Assembly: GCA_963805625.1 (NCBI GenBank)
Contig: CAWDVE010000010.1
Span: 992,001 to 1,056,000, forward strand
From: an uncultured Candidatus Rokubacteria bacterium
GTDB lineage: Bacteria > Methylomirabilota > Methylomirabilia > Rokubacteriales > DASRDR01
Direction of reading: 5' to 3'
Length of the DNA stretch: 64,000 nucleotides
In this document: positions 17,243 through 26,289 of the stretch, in pieces
Layout: every line of letters begins with the position of its first letter
Numbering within the stretch: position 1 is the first letter of the stretch
Program-made: the position numbers and the translations under genes
The notes under the pieces: model-generated
The model's input: only the letters and a program-made list of their open reading frames with translations
Databases searched by the model: none
What the model was told of the DNA's origin: nothing

Positions 17243-17965
17243 ATGACCGCGGCCCGATCCCTCTGGCACGAGGCGCCCGACCTCCGCGAGTTCGAGGCCG
17301 GCGTCCTCGACACGCGACCCGGCATGGTGTTGCTGACCCGATCGGCCTTCTACCCGGGGGGCGGCGGGCAGCCCGCCGACCGCGGCGTCCTACGCTGGAC
17401 GGGCGGCGAGGTACAAGTGGAACGGCTCGAGGCGGATGGCGGTGCCCTCTGGCACGTCCTGGCGGAGCCCGTGGTGATCGAGGGGTCAGTCCTGGGTGTG
17501 GTGGACGCGGCGTTCCGGCAGCGGATGTGTCAGCTCCACACCGACCTCCACATCGTCAACGCGCTCGCCTTCCGGGCGTTCGACGGAGCGCTGGTGACGG
17601 GCGCCCAGATCGGGGACGACGGCACCGCCCGCATCGACCTCGATCTCCCGGGTGCTGACAACGACCGCGTGCGGGCGCTGGAGCCGGCGATCAACGACGC
17701 GATCCGACAGGATCTCGCCATCGGCCAGGTCTACGTGCCGGCCGACCTCGCCGGCCTCGAGCGCGGGCTACTGCGCAGCCGCTCGGTCACTCCCCCGCCC
17801 CAGGCCGACGGGACGATCCGGGTGATCGAGATCGCGGGGCTCGACCGCCAGGCGTGCGGCGGTACTCACCTCTCCTCGACCGGCCAGTCGCCGCCGGTAC
17901 GCATCCTCAAGGTCGACAACAAGGGACGCCACAACCGGCGGATCCGGATCGGCCTCGCCGACTGA
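17243..17965 (+). CDS. alaX: Alanyl-tRNA editing protein AlaX
   Basis: FYPGGGGQPADRG, HTDLH (HxxxH), DRQACGGTH, KGRHNRRI. Confidence 0.9.
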   Translation: MTAARSLWHEAPDLREFEAGVLDTRPGMVLLTRSAFYPGGGGQPADRGVLRWTGGEVQVERLEADGGALWHVLAEPVVIEGSVLGVVDAAFRQRMCQLHTDLHIVNALAFRAFDGALVTGAQIGDDGTARIDLDLPGADNDRVRALEPAINDAIRQDLAIGQVYVPADLAGLERGLLRSRSVTPPPQADGTIRVIEIAGLDRQACGGTHLSSTGQSPPVRILKVDNKGRHNRRIRIGLAD

Positions 17966-17974
17966 AGGGCCGGG

Positions 17975-18225
17975 TCAGGCTCCAAGCCAGCCGCCGCGCG
18001 CGCGGGCCCGGGGACCGGTGAGCAGCCGCCGCACGTCGGTCGTGTAGGCCACCTCGCTGTCGTCCCGTGGCGCGTAGCCGAGGATGCGCCGGGCGCTCTC
18101 GAGCGACCAGAACGCGCGCGTGTTCCCGCTGATCCCGTACGCCACGAGCCACGGCACGCCGTCCAGGTTCCGCACGTCCCGTGTCGCGACCGCGCGCCGG
18201 ACGAGCTGCCGGAGGTCGTGGGTCG
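17975..18225 (-). pseudogene. C-terminal remnant of an NAD-dependent epimerase/uronate dehydrogenase-like gene
   Basis: DLRQLVRRAV...VAYGISGNTRAFWSLESARRILGYAPRDDSE matches extended-SDR C-termini; no Rossmann N-terminus. Confidence 0.75.
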
Positions 18226-18245
18226 CGGTGTACAATCGGGCCGCC

Positions 18246-19703
18246 ATGGCGCAGGCCGTTTACCTCCAGACGTACGGCTGCCAGATGAACGAGCGGGACT
18301 CCGAGGAGATCCTCGGCATGCTCGCGGCCCAGGGGTACGCCGTCGTCGCGCGCGAGGAGGAGGCGGACGTGATCCTTCTGAACACCTGCTCGGTTCGCGC
18401 ACACGCCGAGGAGCGAGCGTTCGGGAAGATGGGGCTCATGCAGACGCTCAAGCGCGAGCGCCCCAGCCTCGTCCTGGGCGTCCTCGGCTGCATGGCCAAG
18501 GCGCAGCGGGAAGAGATCTTCCGTCGACTCCCCCAGGTCGACCTCGTCGCGGGGCCGGCGGAGATCTACGACCTGCCGGATCTCCTGGCCGGCGTCGCCG
18601 AGCGGCGGCAGCGAGCGGCGCTCGGCTCCGGTGCCCAGGTCCTGGCCATCGACCGCAAGGTGCGGCCGCTCGACCGCCGCCCGGCGACCGACTACCGCAG
18701 GGGCCGGGTCGTCGCGTTCGTGACGATCATGGAAGGCTGCGACAAGAAGTGCGCCTACTGCATCGTGCCGACGACGCGGGGCCAGGAGGTGTCGCGCCCG
18801 GTCGACGAGATCCTCGACGAGGTCCAGCAGCTCGCGCGCGCCGGCTACCGCCAGGTAACCTTGCTGGGCCAGAACGTGAACTCCTACGGGAAGCGCTTCC
18901 CCGACGGATCCGGCTGGGTCGGGCCCGGCCGCCGGCGCGCGCTCCTTCAGCTCGAGGCGCGGGCCGACACGGACGGCGTCCCGGCCAATGGGGCGAACGA
19001 GTCCCGCTTGATCGACTTTCCCGCCCTCTTACGGGCGATCGACGGAAGGACCTCCATCGACCGCGTCCGGTTCACGACGAGTCACCCCTTCGACGCCCAC
19101 GAGGAGCTGTTCCGAGCGATGGCGGAGTGCCGCGCGGCCTGCGAGTTCCTGCACCTCCCCGTCCAGTCGGGCTCCGACCGGATCCTCCGCGCGATGCGTC
19201 GCGGCTACACGGTGGAGACCTACCTCGGGCAGATCACCCGCCTCCGCGCGCTGGTCCCGGACGTGGCGGTGTCCACGGACATCATCGTGGGCTTTCCCGG
19301 CGAGACGGAGGCCGACTTCGAGGCGACCTGCGCCCTCATGGAGCGCGTGCGCTACGACAGCGCCTTCGTCTTCAAGTACTCGCCCCGGCCTGGCACCGAG
19401 GCGGCGGACTGGCCCGACGACGTGCCCCAGCCCGACAAGGAGCGGCGCAACCAGATCGCCCTGGAGCTCCAGGCGCGCATCTCCCGCGAGAAGCTCGAGG
19501 CCTGGGTCGGCGGTGAGGTCCAAGTGCTCGTCGAGGAGCGAAATCGCCGCGGCCAGCTCGCGGGCAAGAATCGCGGCAACACGACGGTCGTCCTCGAGGG
19601 CCCCGATGCCCTCATCGGCGAGCTGGTCCCCGTCCGCGTGCTCCGTGTCACCGGTACCACGATGATCGGTGAGCTGGCGGACCGCGCCGCGCTGGCGCGG
19701 TGA
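18246..19703 (+). CDS. miaB: tRNA-2-methylthio-N6-dimethylallyladenosine synthase MiaB
   Basis: TYGCQMNERDSE, NTCSVR, LGCMA, radical SAM CDKKCAYC, RFTTSHP, HLPVQSGS, DIIVGFPGET, C-terminal TRAM domain. Confidence 0.95.
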   Translation: MAQAVYLQTYGCQMNERDSEEILGMLAAQGYAVVAREEEADVILLNTCSVRAHAEERAFGKMGLMQTLKRERPSLVLGVLGCMAKAQREEIFRRLPQVDLVAGPAEIYDLPDLLAGVAERRQRAALGSGAQVLAIDRKVRPLDRRPATDYRRGRVVAFVTIMEGCDKKCAYCIVPTTRGQEVSRPVDEILDEVQQLARAGYRQVTLLGQNVNSYGKRFPDGSGWVGPGRRRALLQLEARADTDGVPANGANESRLIDFPALLRAIDGRTSIDRVRFTTSHPFDAHEELFRAMAECRAACEFLHLPVQSGSDRILRAMRRGYTVETYLGQITRLRALVPDVAVSTDIIVGFPGETEADFEATCALMERVRYDSAFVFKYSPRPGTEAADWPDDVPQPDKERRNQIALELQARISREKLEAWVGGEVQVLVEERNRRGQLAGKNRGNTTVVLEGPDALIGELVPVRVLRVTGTTMIGELADRAALAR

Positions 19704-19726
19704 TCCGGCGGCCCGGCCCCCGACAG

Positions 19727-20130
19727 GTCTCGGGATACTCCGGCAAGCCCCTCGCCTCGAAGCTCGGGATCCGTCAGGGCTCCCGAGTGCTGGTCGTCGC
19801 CGCGCGGCATGGCTATCGACGTCTTCTCGGCGAGCGTCCCGACGGCGTGCAGCTCTCCCGACGCGGCGAGGGCCCGTTCGACCTCACCTCTTCGTCACGA
19901 CGCGGGCGGCGCTCGCGACCCAGCTCCCCGCCCTCGTCAGCTGCATCACACCGGCCGCGGCGATCTGAGTATCCTGGCCCACGCGTGCCGCGAAGGTGCC
20001 GACCGACGTCACCGAGGACACCGTGCGGGGGGTCGCGCTGCCGCTCGGCGTCGTGGACGTGAAGGTCTGCGCCGTGGACGAGGTGTGGTCCGGCCTGAAG
20101 CTCGTCATCCGCGTCGCGAGCCGCCCGCGT
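19727..20130 (+). pseudogene. DUF3052-family pseudogene (frameshift near 19884, TGA at 19966)
   Basis: SGYSGKPLASKLGI...FDL/HLFVT...AI*VSWP...TDVTEDTVRGVALPLGVVDVKVCAVDEVWSGLKLVIR, split over two frames. Confidence 0.85.
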
Positions 20131-20234
20131 GACGCGCCTCTGGAATCGGTGACGGCCCGGCGGCCGTTGACGCCCCTCGAGGGTGCAGCGACACTGAAGG
20201 TCGTCCGCTCATCGCGGACCAGGGGGAGACCCAC

Positions 20235-21005
20235 ATGCGACTCAAGGGCAAGATCGCGCTGATCAGCGCGGCCGCGTCCGGCATCGGGCGAGCCGCCGCA
20301 GTGCTCTTCGCGCGCGAGGGCGCGGCAGTGGCCGTGGCCGACATCGACAGGGGAAGGATCGGTGACACTGTCGGCGAGATCACGGCCGCCGGCGGACGAG
20401 CGCACGGCATCCCCTGCGATCTCACCCGGGACGCCGACAGCCGGCGAATCGTGCGCGAGACGCTGGACGCCTTCGGCGGCCTCGACATCCTGTGGAACAA
20501 TGTCGGGCATCCGGGACCGGGGCGGGTCGAGGGCATCCTCATGGATGACTACGACCTGGCGATGACGCTCAACGTGCGGAGCGTGGTCATCACGACGTCC
20601 GAGGCGATCCCGGCCCTTCGCGCGCGGGGCCGCGGGAGCATCCTGTTCACCAGCTCGATCGCCGGGATCTACGGCTCGCCGTTCAGCCCCGTCTACTCGG
20701 CGGCGAAGTTCGGCGTCACCGGCCTCACGAAGTCCCTCGCCCTTCGTCTCGCCGCGGACAACATCCGCGTCAACTGCGTGTGCCCGGCGCCGATCGACAC
20801 GCCGATGCTCGACATCTTCATGGGCCGGCCCGACGTGGAGGCGAACAAGCACGAGAACCTCGCGCGGATGAAGCAGGCGGTTCCGCTCGGGCGCGTCGGC
20901 ACGCCGATGGAGGTGGCCCAGGCCGGGCTCTTCCTCGCCTCCGACGACGCCAGCTACATCACGGGCGTGGCGCTCCCGGTCGACGGAGGATACACGGCGA
21001 GGTAG
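20235..21005 (+). CDS. Short-chain dehydrogenase/reductase
   Basis: SAAASGIG, YSAAK, IRVNCVCP, YITGVALPVDGG. Confidence 0.92.
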   Translation: MRLKGKIALISAAASGIGRAAAVLFAREGAAVAVADIDRGRIGDTVGEITAAGGRAHGIPCDLTRDADSRRIVRETLDAFGGLDILWNNVGHPGPGRVEGILMDDYDLAMTLNVRSVVITTSEAIPALRARGRGSILFTSSIAGIYGSPFSPVYSAAKFGVTGLTKSLALRLAADNIRVNCVCPAPIDTPMLDIFMGRPDVEANKHENLARMKQAVPLGRVGTPMEVAQAGLFLASDDASYITGVALPVDGGYTAR

Positions 21006-21102
21006 CCGCCCGGACCTGCCGATCCCGCGAGGGCGCCGGCGAAGCTGGCGGCCGGGGAGGGCTTGACGCTCTGCGAGGCCTTGTGGCTTGTATCGGGATC
21101 TG

Positions 21103-21645
21103 ATGCCTGGGGTCCTGTCGATGGACGCCTTCGTCGCCCGGATGAGGGAGCTCACGGCTCCCGCCGTGGACGCCGGGATGGTGCAGCGCTTTCTCGGCAC
21201 TCACCTGATCGAGCCGGCCTCCATCGAGCGCTACCTCCGCTTCGAGGGCGGCCGCTACACGCGCCATCTCGTTTTCAAGAACTCGGCGGTGGAGCTGCTC
21301 GTGCTCTGCTGGAGCCGCGGCTCTTTCGCGCCGATCCACGGCCACGAGGGTGAGCTCTGCTGGGCGCGGGTCGAGCGCGGCCGGCTACGCTTCACGAGCT
21401 ATCGGGAGCTGTCGCGGAGCCCGCTGAGCCTCGCGCCGCTCGGACACCCTGTCGAGGGCGGGCCGGGCCACGTCGACGGTCCTGCCGAGATCCATGCCGT
21501 GGAGACGATGGGCGAGGACGCCGTGACCCTTCACGTCTACGTCAGGCCGTACGAGGAGTGTGACATCTACGAACTCGCTCGCGGCGTCATCCGGCGCGTG
21601 CGGCTCGGCTACGACTCCGTCCCCGAGCACCCCGCCGCCTCCTGA
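21103..21645 (+). CDS. Cysteine dioxygenase type I family
   Basis: YTRHLV, LCW, IHGH....C, IHAV, TLHVY; start at 21103 or 21121. Confidence 0.88.
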   Translation: MPGVLSMDAFVARMRELTAPAVDAGMVQRFLGTHLIEPASIERYLRFEGGRYTRHLVFKNSAVELLVLCWSRGSFAPIHGHEGELCWARVERGRLRFTSYRELSRSPLSLAPLGHPVEGGPGHVDGPAEIHAVETMGEDAVTLHVYVRPYEECDIYELARGVIRRVRLGYDSVPEHPAAS

Positions 21646-21742
21646 GCGTTCGGGTGAGAACCCGGCTGAGATCGCTGCCCCGTCACAAAGGTGCAGGAGC
21701 GGGAAGCTTCGGCTAGAGTGGGGCACGGAGAGGATCACGCGC

Positions 21743-22153
21743 ATGGCCGACCGAAAGTACCGTCAGCAAGGCTACCGAAGCCAGGGCCAGGGCGCAGACC
21801 CGCGCCGGCCAGAGCGGCCGCCCGGCGACGCCCCGCCGCGCGGCAGCATGCTCGCCCAGCGAACCGTGTCCCGGTGCGGGGCATGCGGCGTCGTCCTGCC
21901 GATCGCCACCGCGTCGCTGGAGCAGTGCCCGAGCTGTCGGGCCGCCATCCATGCCTGTCGCCAGTGCTCCCACTTCGACACGAGCCGGCGCTTCGAGTGC
22001 ACGGAGCCCATCCCCGAGCGGCTGGCGGACAAGGCCGCCCGCAACGACTGCCGGACGTTCACGCTGCGCGTCACGGTCGAGCGGAACGCCTCGCCCGACT
22101 CGACGCGCCCCAGCGACATCCGCCGCGCGTTCGACAACCTCTTCAAGAAGTAG
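21743..22153 (+). CDS. Cys-rich hypothetical protein (putative Zn/Fe binding)
   Basis: CGAC...CPSC...HACRQC...FEC...NDC, C-terminal AFDNLFKK; SD GGAGAGG. Confidence 0.8.
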   Translation: MADRKYRQQGYRSQGQGADPRRPERPPGDAPPRGSMLAQRTVSRCGACGVVLPIATASLEQCPSCRAAIHACRQCSHFDTSRRFECTEPIPERLADKAARNDCRTFTLRVTVERNASPDSTRPSDIRRAFDNLFKK

Positions 22154-22263
22154 CCGGCCGGCCCCGCGGCAAGAGCGCGCGCCCGTCCAGCGGTCGCGCC
22201 GACGGCGCTACGGTGACCCGCCATGTGATATGTTTCGCGTGGTCCCGAACTTCCTGGACGAGG

Positions 22264-23271
22264 ATGGAGCGCTTGCTACGGCGAGAGTTCATGACGCTAC
22301 TCTGCGGTACGGCCGCGGTGGATGCATTGCTGCGGCCGCTCGCCGCTTGCGCGCAGCAAGGGGAGCGCGTTCGACGCATCGGCGTGCTGATGCATCTGGC
22401 GGAAACCGATCGTGAAGGGCAGGACCGATTTGGCGCATTTCTTCATGAATTGACGCGATTGGGCTGGATTGATGGAAAGAACATGAAGCTCGACACCCGC
22501 TGGGGTGCCAACGATCCCGATCGGCGACGATACGCGGCAGAATTAGTCGCGCTGGCCCCCGACGTCATCCTTGCGTCGACCTCGCTTGCCATGGTGGCGT
22601 TGCAATCGGCGACCCACACTGTGCCTATCGTGTTCTCGAACGTGGCCGATCCGGTCGGTGCTGGGTTTGTGGGCAGCCTGGCTCAGCCGCGCGGCAATGT
22701 CACCGGCTTCACGCTGTTCGATTACACCTTCAGCGCGAAGTGGCTCGAGCTCCTCAAAGAGATCGCACCCCGCGTGAATCGCGCGGTGGTCATCCGCGAT
22801 CCAACCAGTCCTGCTGCGATCGGACAGTTTGCCGTGATCCAGAGTTCTGCCCGGTCATTCGGGATGGAAGTGAGCCCAGTCGGCGCGCGCGACGCGGCCG
22901 AGATCGAGCACGCCATCAAGACCTTCTTGCGCCCCGAACACGGCGGGATCATCGTGACGGGAAGCGCGTTTGGGGTGGCGCAGCGTGATCTGCTCGTTTC
23001 ACTCGCAGCTCGCTACCGTCTGCCCGCCGTGTACCCTTTCCGCTATTTCGTCAACGGCGGCGGCCTCGTCTCCTACGGGCCGGACACCACCGACCAGTAC
23101 AGGCAAGCGGCCGGCTATGTCGATCGCATCCTCAAGGGCGAGAAGCCGGGCAATCTTCCGGTACAAGCGTCGACCAAGTATGACTTGGTGATCAACCTCA
23201 AGACCGCTAAGGCGCTCGGCCTTGACTTGCCGCCGAAAACCCGCGCCCGGGCCGACGACGTGGTCGAGTAG
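22264..23271 (+). CDS. ABC transporter substrate-binding protein (ABC_sub_bind/PF04392-like)
   Basis: RREFMTLL, DPVGAGFVGSLAQPRGNVTG, KWLELLKE, GGLVSYGP, LVINLKTAKALGL. Confidence 0.9.
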   Translation: MERLLRREFMTLLCGTAAVDALLRPLAACAQQGERVRRIGVLMHLAETDREGQDRFGAFLHELTRLGWIDGKNMKLDTRWGANDPDRRRYAAELVALAPDVILASTSLAMVALQSATHTVPIVFSNVADPVGAGFVGSLAQPRGNVTGFTLFDYTFSAKWLELLKEIAPRVNRAVVIRDPTSPAAIGQFAVIQSSARSFGMEVSPVGARDAAEIEHAIKTFLRPEHGGIIVTGSAFGVAQRDLLVSLAARYRLPAVYPFRYFVNGGGLVSYGPDTTDQYRQAAGYVDRILKGEKPGNLPVQASTKYDLVINLKTAKALGLDLPPKTRARADDVVE

Positions 23272-23425
23272 CAACAGGGGTCAGGGCCCGCCACCATAGG
23301 GACCGTGATATTCGCAGTACCGGGCCAGGATCGCCCCAAAAGGACAGCCGATGGTGGGGCGGCTCGTCCCACGCTCACGCCGCCCGTCGAGGCATGCGCC
23401 CACATGACCAGGCTCGCCCGACGAC

Positions 23426-24046
23426 TTACGCCTCGCCGGCCGAAAGATGGCGCTCGATGTGCGGGGCGACGAGGTTCGCGTGGTCGCGGGCGAACATGTG
23501 GCCGGCGACCGGGAGCACGACCAGCTCGGCGCGCGGCAGTAGCCTCGCGAGGCACCGGCCGACGCCGAGGGGGCTGATCGGATCGGCGTCGCTCCACACG
23601 AGGAGCGTCGGCGCCGTCACCGACTGGAGCCTGGCCGAGAGGTCGGGCCGCTCGGTGAGGATCCACGGAGCCGCGCCGGGAAATTCCTCCGCGTAGTCAG
23701 GCCGCCAGTCCTCGGGCTCGAACGGCGAGATGTCGATCCCGGCCGACGTCGCGGTGAGGACGATGCGGCGCACGCGCTCCGGATGGGCGAGCGCGACCAG
23801 CATGGCCACGACACCGCCCATCGACTGCGCGACCAGATCGGCCGGCCCGGGGCCTGCCCGGCCCAGGACCAGCCGAGCGAGATCGTCGAGGCCATTGACG
23901 TCGGGGCGGGACGGTACGCGGCCGAGCCCCGGCCAGTCGAAGAAGGTCGTGTCCCAAGCCGCCGGCAGACGCTCGGCGACCGGGTGCCAGAAGCGCCCGC
24001 CCCCCGAGGCTCCGGGCAGGAACAGGACGCGGCGGGACGAGGTCAC
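23426..24046 (-). CDS. Alpha/beta fold hydrolase
   Basis: AQSMGG nucleophile elbow, DADP acid, AGH catalytic His. Confidence 0.85.
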   Translation of the reverse strand: MTSSRRVLFLPGASGGGRFWHPVAERLPAAWDTTFFDWPGLGRVPSRPDVNGLDDLARLVLGRAGPGPADLVAQSMGGVVAMLVALAHPERVRRIVLTATSAGIDISPFEPEDWRPDYAEEFPGAAPWILTERPDLSARLQSVTAPTLLVWSDADPISPLGVGRCLARLLPRAELVVLPVAGHMFARDHANLVAPHIERHLSAGEA

Positions 24047-24094
24047 CTGAGCGTCACGTCGAGCGGACGACCCGGCCTCTGAAGGGAAGGCCGC

Positions 24095-24691
24095 TCAGTA
24101 CCCCGCGACGTACGGCAGGGCGCGGGCGGTACGCTCGATCGCGTCGCCTGCGTCCAGCAGCACGCCCATCGAGTTCCAGCCGCCGCTGACGAGCTGGTGG
24201 CGGGCGCCGTCAGGGATGCCGGCCTGGATCACCCGGCCGTTGAACCGGACCTCGCGGCGCTCGACGTCAACCTCGATCGGCCGGTCAGGGTGTTTCTCGA
24301 CCTCGCGGAGCAGCCACTCGATCTCGGCCGGCTCGGCGGTCAGGCACGGGATCCCGAGCACCGTGCAGTTCCCGAAGAAGATCTCGCCGAACGAGCCGCC
24401 CACGACCGCGCCGACGCCCCAGTCCCGGAGCGCCTGGGGCGCGTGCTCCCGCGACGAACCGCAGCCGAAGTTCTGGCCGGTGATCAGGACGGACGCGCCC
24501 TGGAACTGCGGCCGGTTGAACGGGTGCTCGGGCACGGCCTTTCGCTCGTCGCCGAAGACGTGCTCGCCGAGGCCGGCGAAGGTCACGCTCTTCAGGTACC
24601 TGGCCGGGATGATCCGGTCGGTGTCGATGTCGTTGCCGGGAAGCGGGATCCCCCGCCCCACGATCTGCCGTCTGGCGTGCGCCGTGCTCAC
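24095..24691 (-). CDS. leuD: 3-isopropylmalate dehydratase small subunit
   Basis: DIDTDRIIPARYL, NFGCGSSREHAPQAL, SFGEIFFGNC. Confidence 0.95.
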   Translation of the reverse strand: MSTAHARRQIVGRGIPLPGNDIDTDRIIPARYLKSVTFAGLGEHVFGDERKAVPEHPFNRPQFQGASVLITGQNFGCGSSREHAPQALRDWGVGAVVGGSFGEIFFGNCTVLGIPCLTAEPAEIEWLLREVEKHPDRPIEVDVERREVRFNGRVIQAGIPDGARHQLVSGGWNSMGVLLDAGDAIERTARALPYVAGY

Positions 24692-24746
24692 TGGGTCACC
24701 CTCCCTCTGCGCCGAAACTTGACCGGACGGCCTTCGGCCTGTGGAC

Positions 24747-26150
24747 TCATCCGAGCATCTCCCTCACGTCGGTGACGGCCCCCGCGATGGCGGCAGCCGC
24801 GACCATGGCCGGGCTCATGAGGAGGGTCCGACCCGTCGGGCTCCCCTGCCGGCCCTTGAAGTTCCGGTTGGAGGATGAGGCGCTAACCTCGCGTCCCTGC
24901 AGCTTGTCCTCGTTCATGCCGAGACACATCGAGCAGCCGGCCTTTCGCCACTGGAAGCCGGCTTCCTGGAAGATCTCGTGGAGCCCCTCGGCCTCGGCGG
25001 CTCGCGCGACCTCCTGGGACCCAGGGACGATGAGCGCCCGGACGCCCCGGGCGACCTTCCGCCCGCGGGCGACCTCGGCGGCGACCCGGAGGTCGGACAG
25101 CCGCCCGTTGGTGCAGGATCCGACGAATGCCACGTCGATTTTCGTGCCCGCGATCGGCTGACCGGCCTGGAAGCCCATGAACTGCAGAGCCTCGTGCCAG
25201 GTCGACCGGTCGTCCGCGGGCGCCTCGCGGGGATCCGGGATGCGCTCGGCGACACCGACCGACTGGCCAGGATTGATGCCCCAGGTGACCACCGGCTGGA
25301 TCGCGGCGCCGTCGATCCGGGCGATGTCGTCGAAGGGCGCACCCGGGTCGGTCGCCACGCTCTTCCACCACGACACCGCCCGGTCGAACCCCGCCCCCTG
25401 CGGCGCATAGGGCCGGCCGCGGAGGTAGTCGAAGGTCGTCTGATCGGGATTGATGTAGCCGAAGCGCGCGCCGCCCTCGATCGACATGTTGCAGACGGTG
25501 AGACGCTCCTCCATCGTCATCCGCTCGATCGCCGGGCCCGCGTACTCGTAGGCATAGCCCACTCCGCCCTTGACGCCCAGCACGTGGATGATCCAGAGGG
25601 TCACGTCCTTGGCGTAGACGCCCGGGGCGAGGCTGCCGTCGACGCGGACCTGACGGATCCGCGGCTTCGCCATCGCGAGGCACTGCGTCCCCAGGACGTC
25701 ACGGACCTGGGTCGTCCCGATCCCGAACGCGATGGCCCCGACGGCGCCATGGGTGGAGGTGTGACTGTCGCCGCACGCGATCGTCATCCCGGGCTGGGTC
25801 AGACCCAGCTCGGGGCCGATCACGTGGACGATCCCCTGACGGCCGCTGTCGAGGTCGAAGAAGGCGACGCCGGAGGCCTTCGTGTTGCGGACGAGATGGA
25901 CCGTCATCTCCTCGGCCAGCTCGTCCGCGAAGGGGCGCTGCTGGCCTTTGGTCGGAATGATGTGGTCGATCGTGGCGAACGTGCGCTCGGGCATCCGCAC
26001 CCGGAGGCCCGCTTCCTTGAGCATCTGGTAGGCCTGCGGGCTCGTCACCTCGTGGACGAGGTGGAGGCCGATCAGGAGCTGGGTCTGCCCGGAGGGCAGC
26101 GTCCGCACCGTATGTGCTTCCCACACCTTGTCGAGCAGCGTGCGCGCCAT
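24747..26150 (-). CDS. leuC: 3-isopropylmalate dehydratase large subunit
   Basis: [45 protein letters not shown]. Confidence 0.96.
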   Translation of the reverse strand: MARTLLDKVWEAHTVRTLPSGQTQLLIGLHLVHEVTSPQAYQMLKEAGLRVRMPERTFATIDHIIPTKGQQRPFADELAEEMTVHLVRNTKASGVAFFDLDSGRQGIVHVIGPELGLTQPGMTIACGDSHTSTHGAVGAIAFGIGTTQVRDVLGTQCLAMAKPRIRQVRVDGSLAPGVYAKDVTLWIIHVLGVKGGVGYAYEYAGPAIERMTMEERLTVCNMSIEGGARFGYINPDQTTFDYLRGRPYAPQGAGFDRAVSWWKSVATDPGAPFDDIARIDGAAIQPVVTWGINPGQSVGVAERIPDPREAPADDRSTWHEALQFMGFQAGQPIAGTKIDVAFVGSCTNGRLSDLRVAAEVARGRKVARGVRALIVPGSQEVARAAEAEGLHEIFQEAGFQWRKAGCSMCLGMNEDKLQGREVSASSSNRNFKGRQGSPTGRTLLMSPAMVAAAAIAGAVTDVREMLG

Positions 26151-26256
26151 GAAGGACTCCTCTTCCTCGTACGGGAGGCTCGCCCGGTTGCCGGGACGGC
26201 GGCCGATGAGCCTCGCGAAGAGTATCGTGCTCTATCTATATTGTGTAGTCCAGTGA

Positions 26257-26289
26257 AACATTGTGAATCCAATGTTAAGATTTGCTTAA
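26257..26289. promoter_or_regulatory. LysR operator / divergent promoter region
   Basis: Adjacent inverted repeats AACATTG-N6-CAATGTT (26257-26276) and TTAAG-N5-CTTAA (26275-26289; contains T-N11-A); extended -10 TGtTAAGAT. Confidence 0.7.

Noticed and set aside
19966-19968. TGA recoded as Trp or Sec
   Set aside because: Many intact genes here stop at TGA, the same gene also has a frameshift, and no SECIS-like context is evident.
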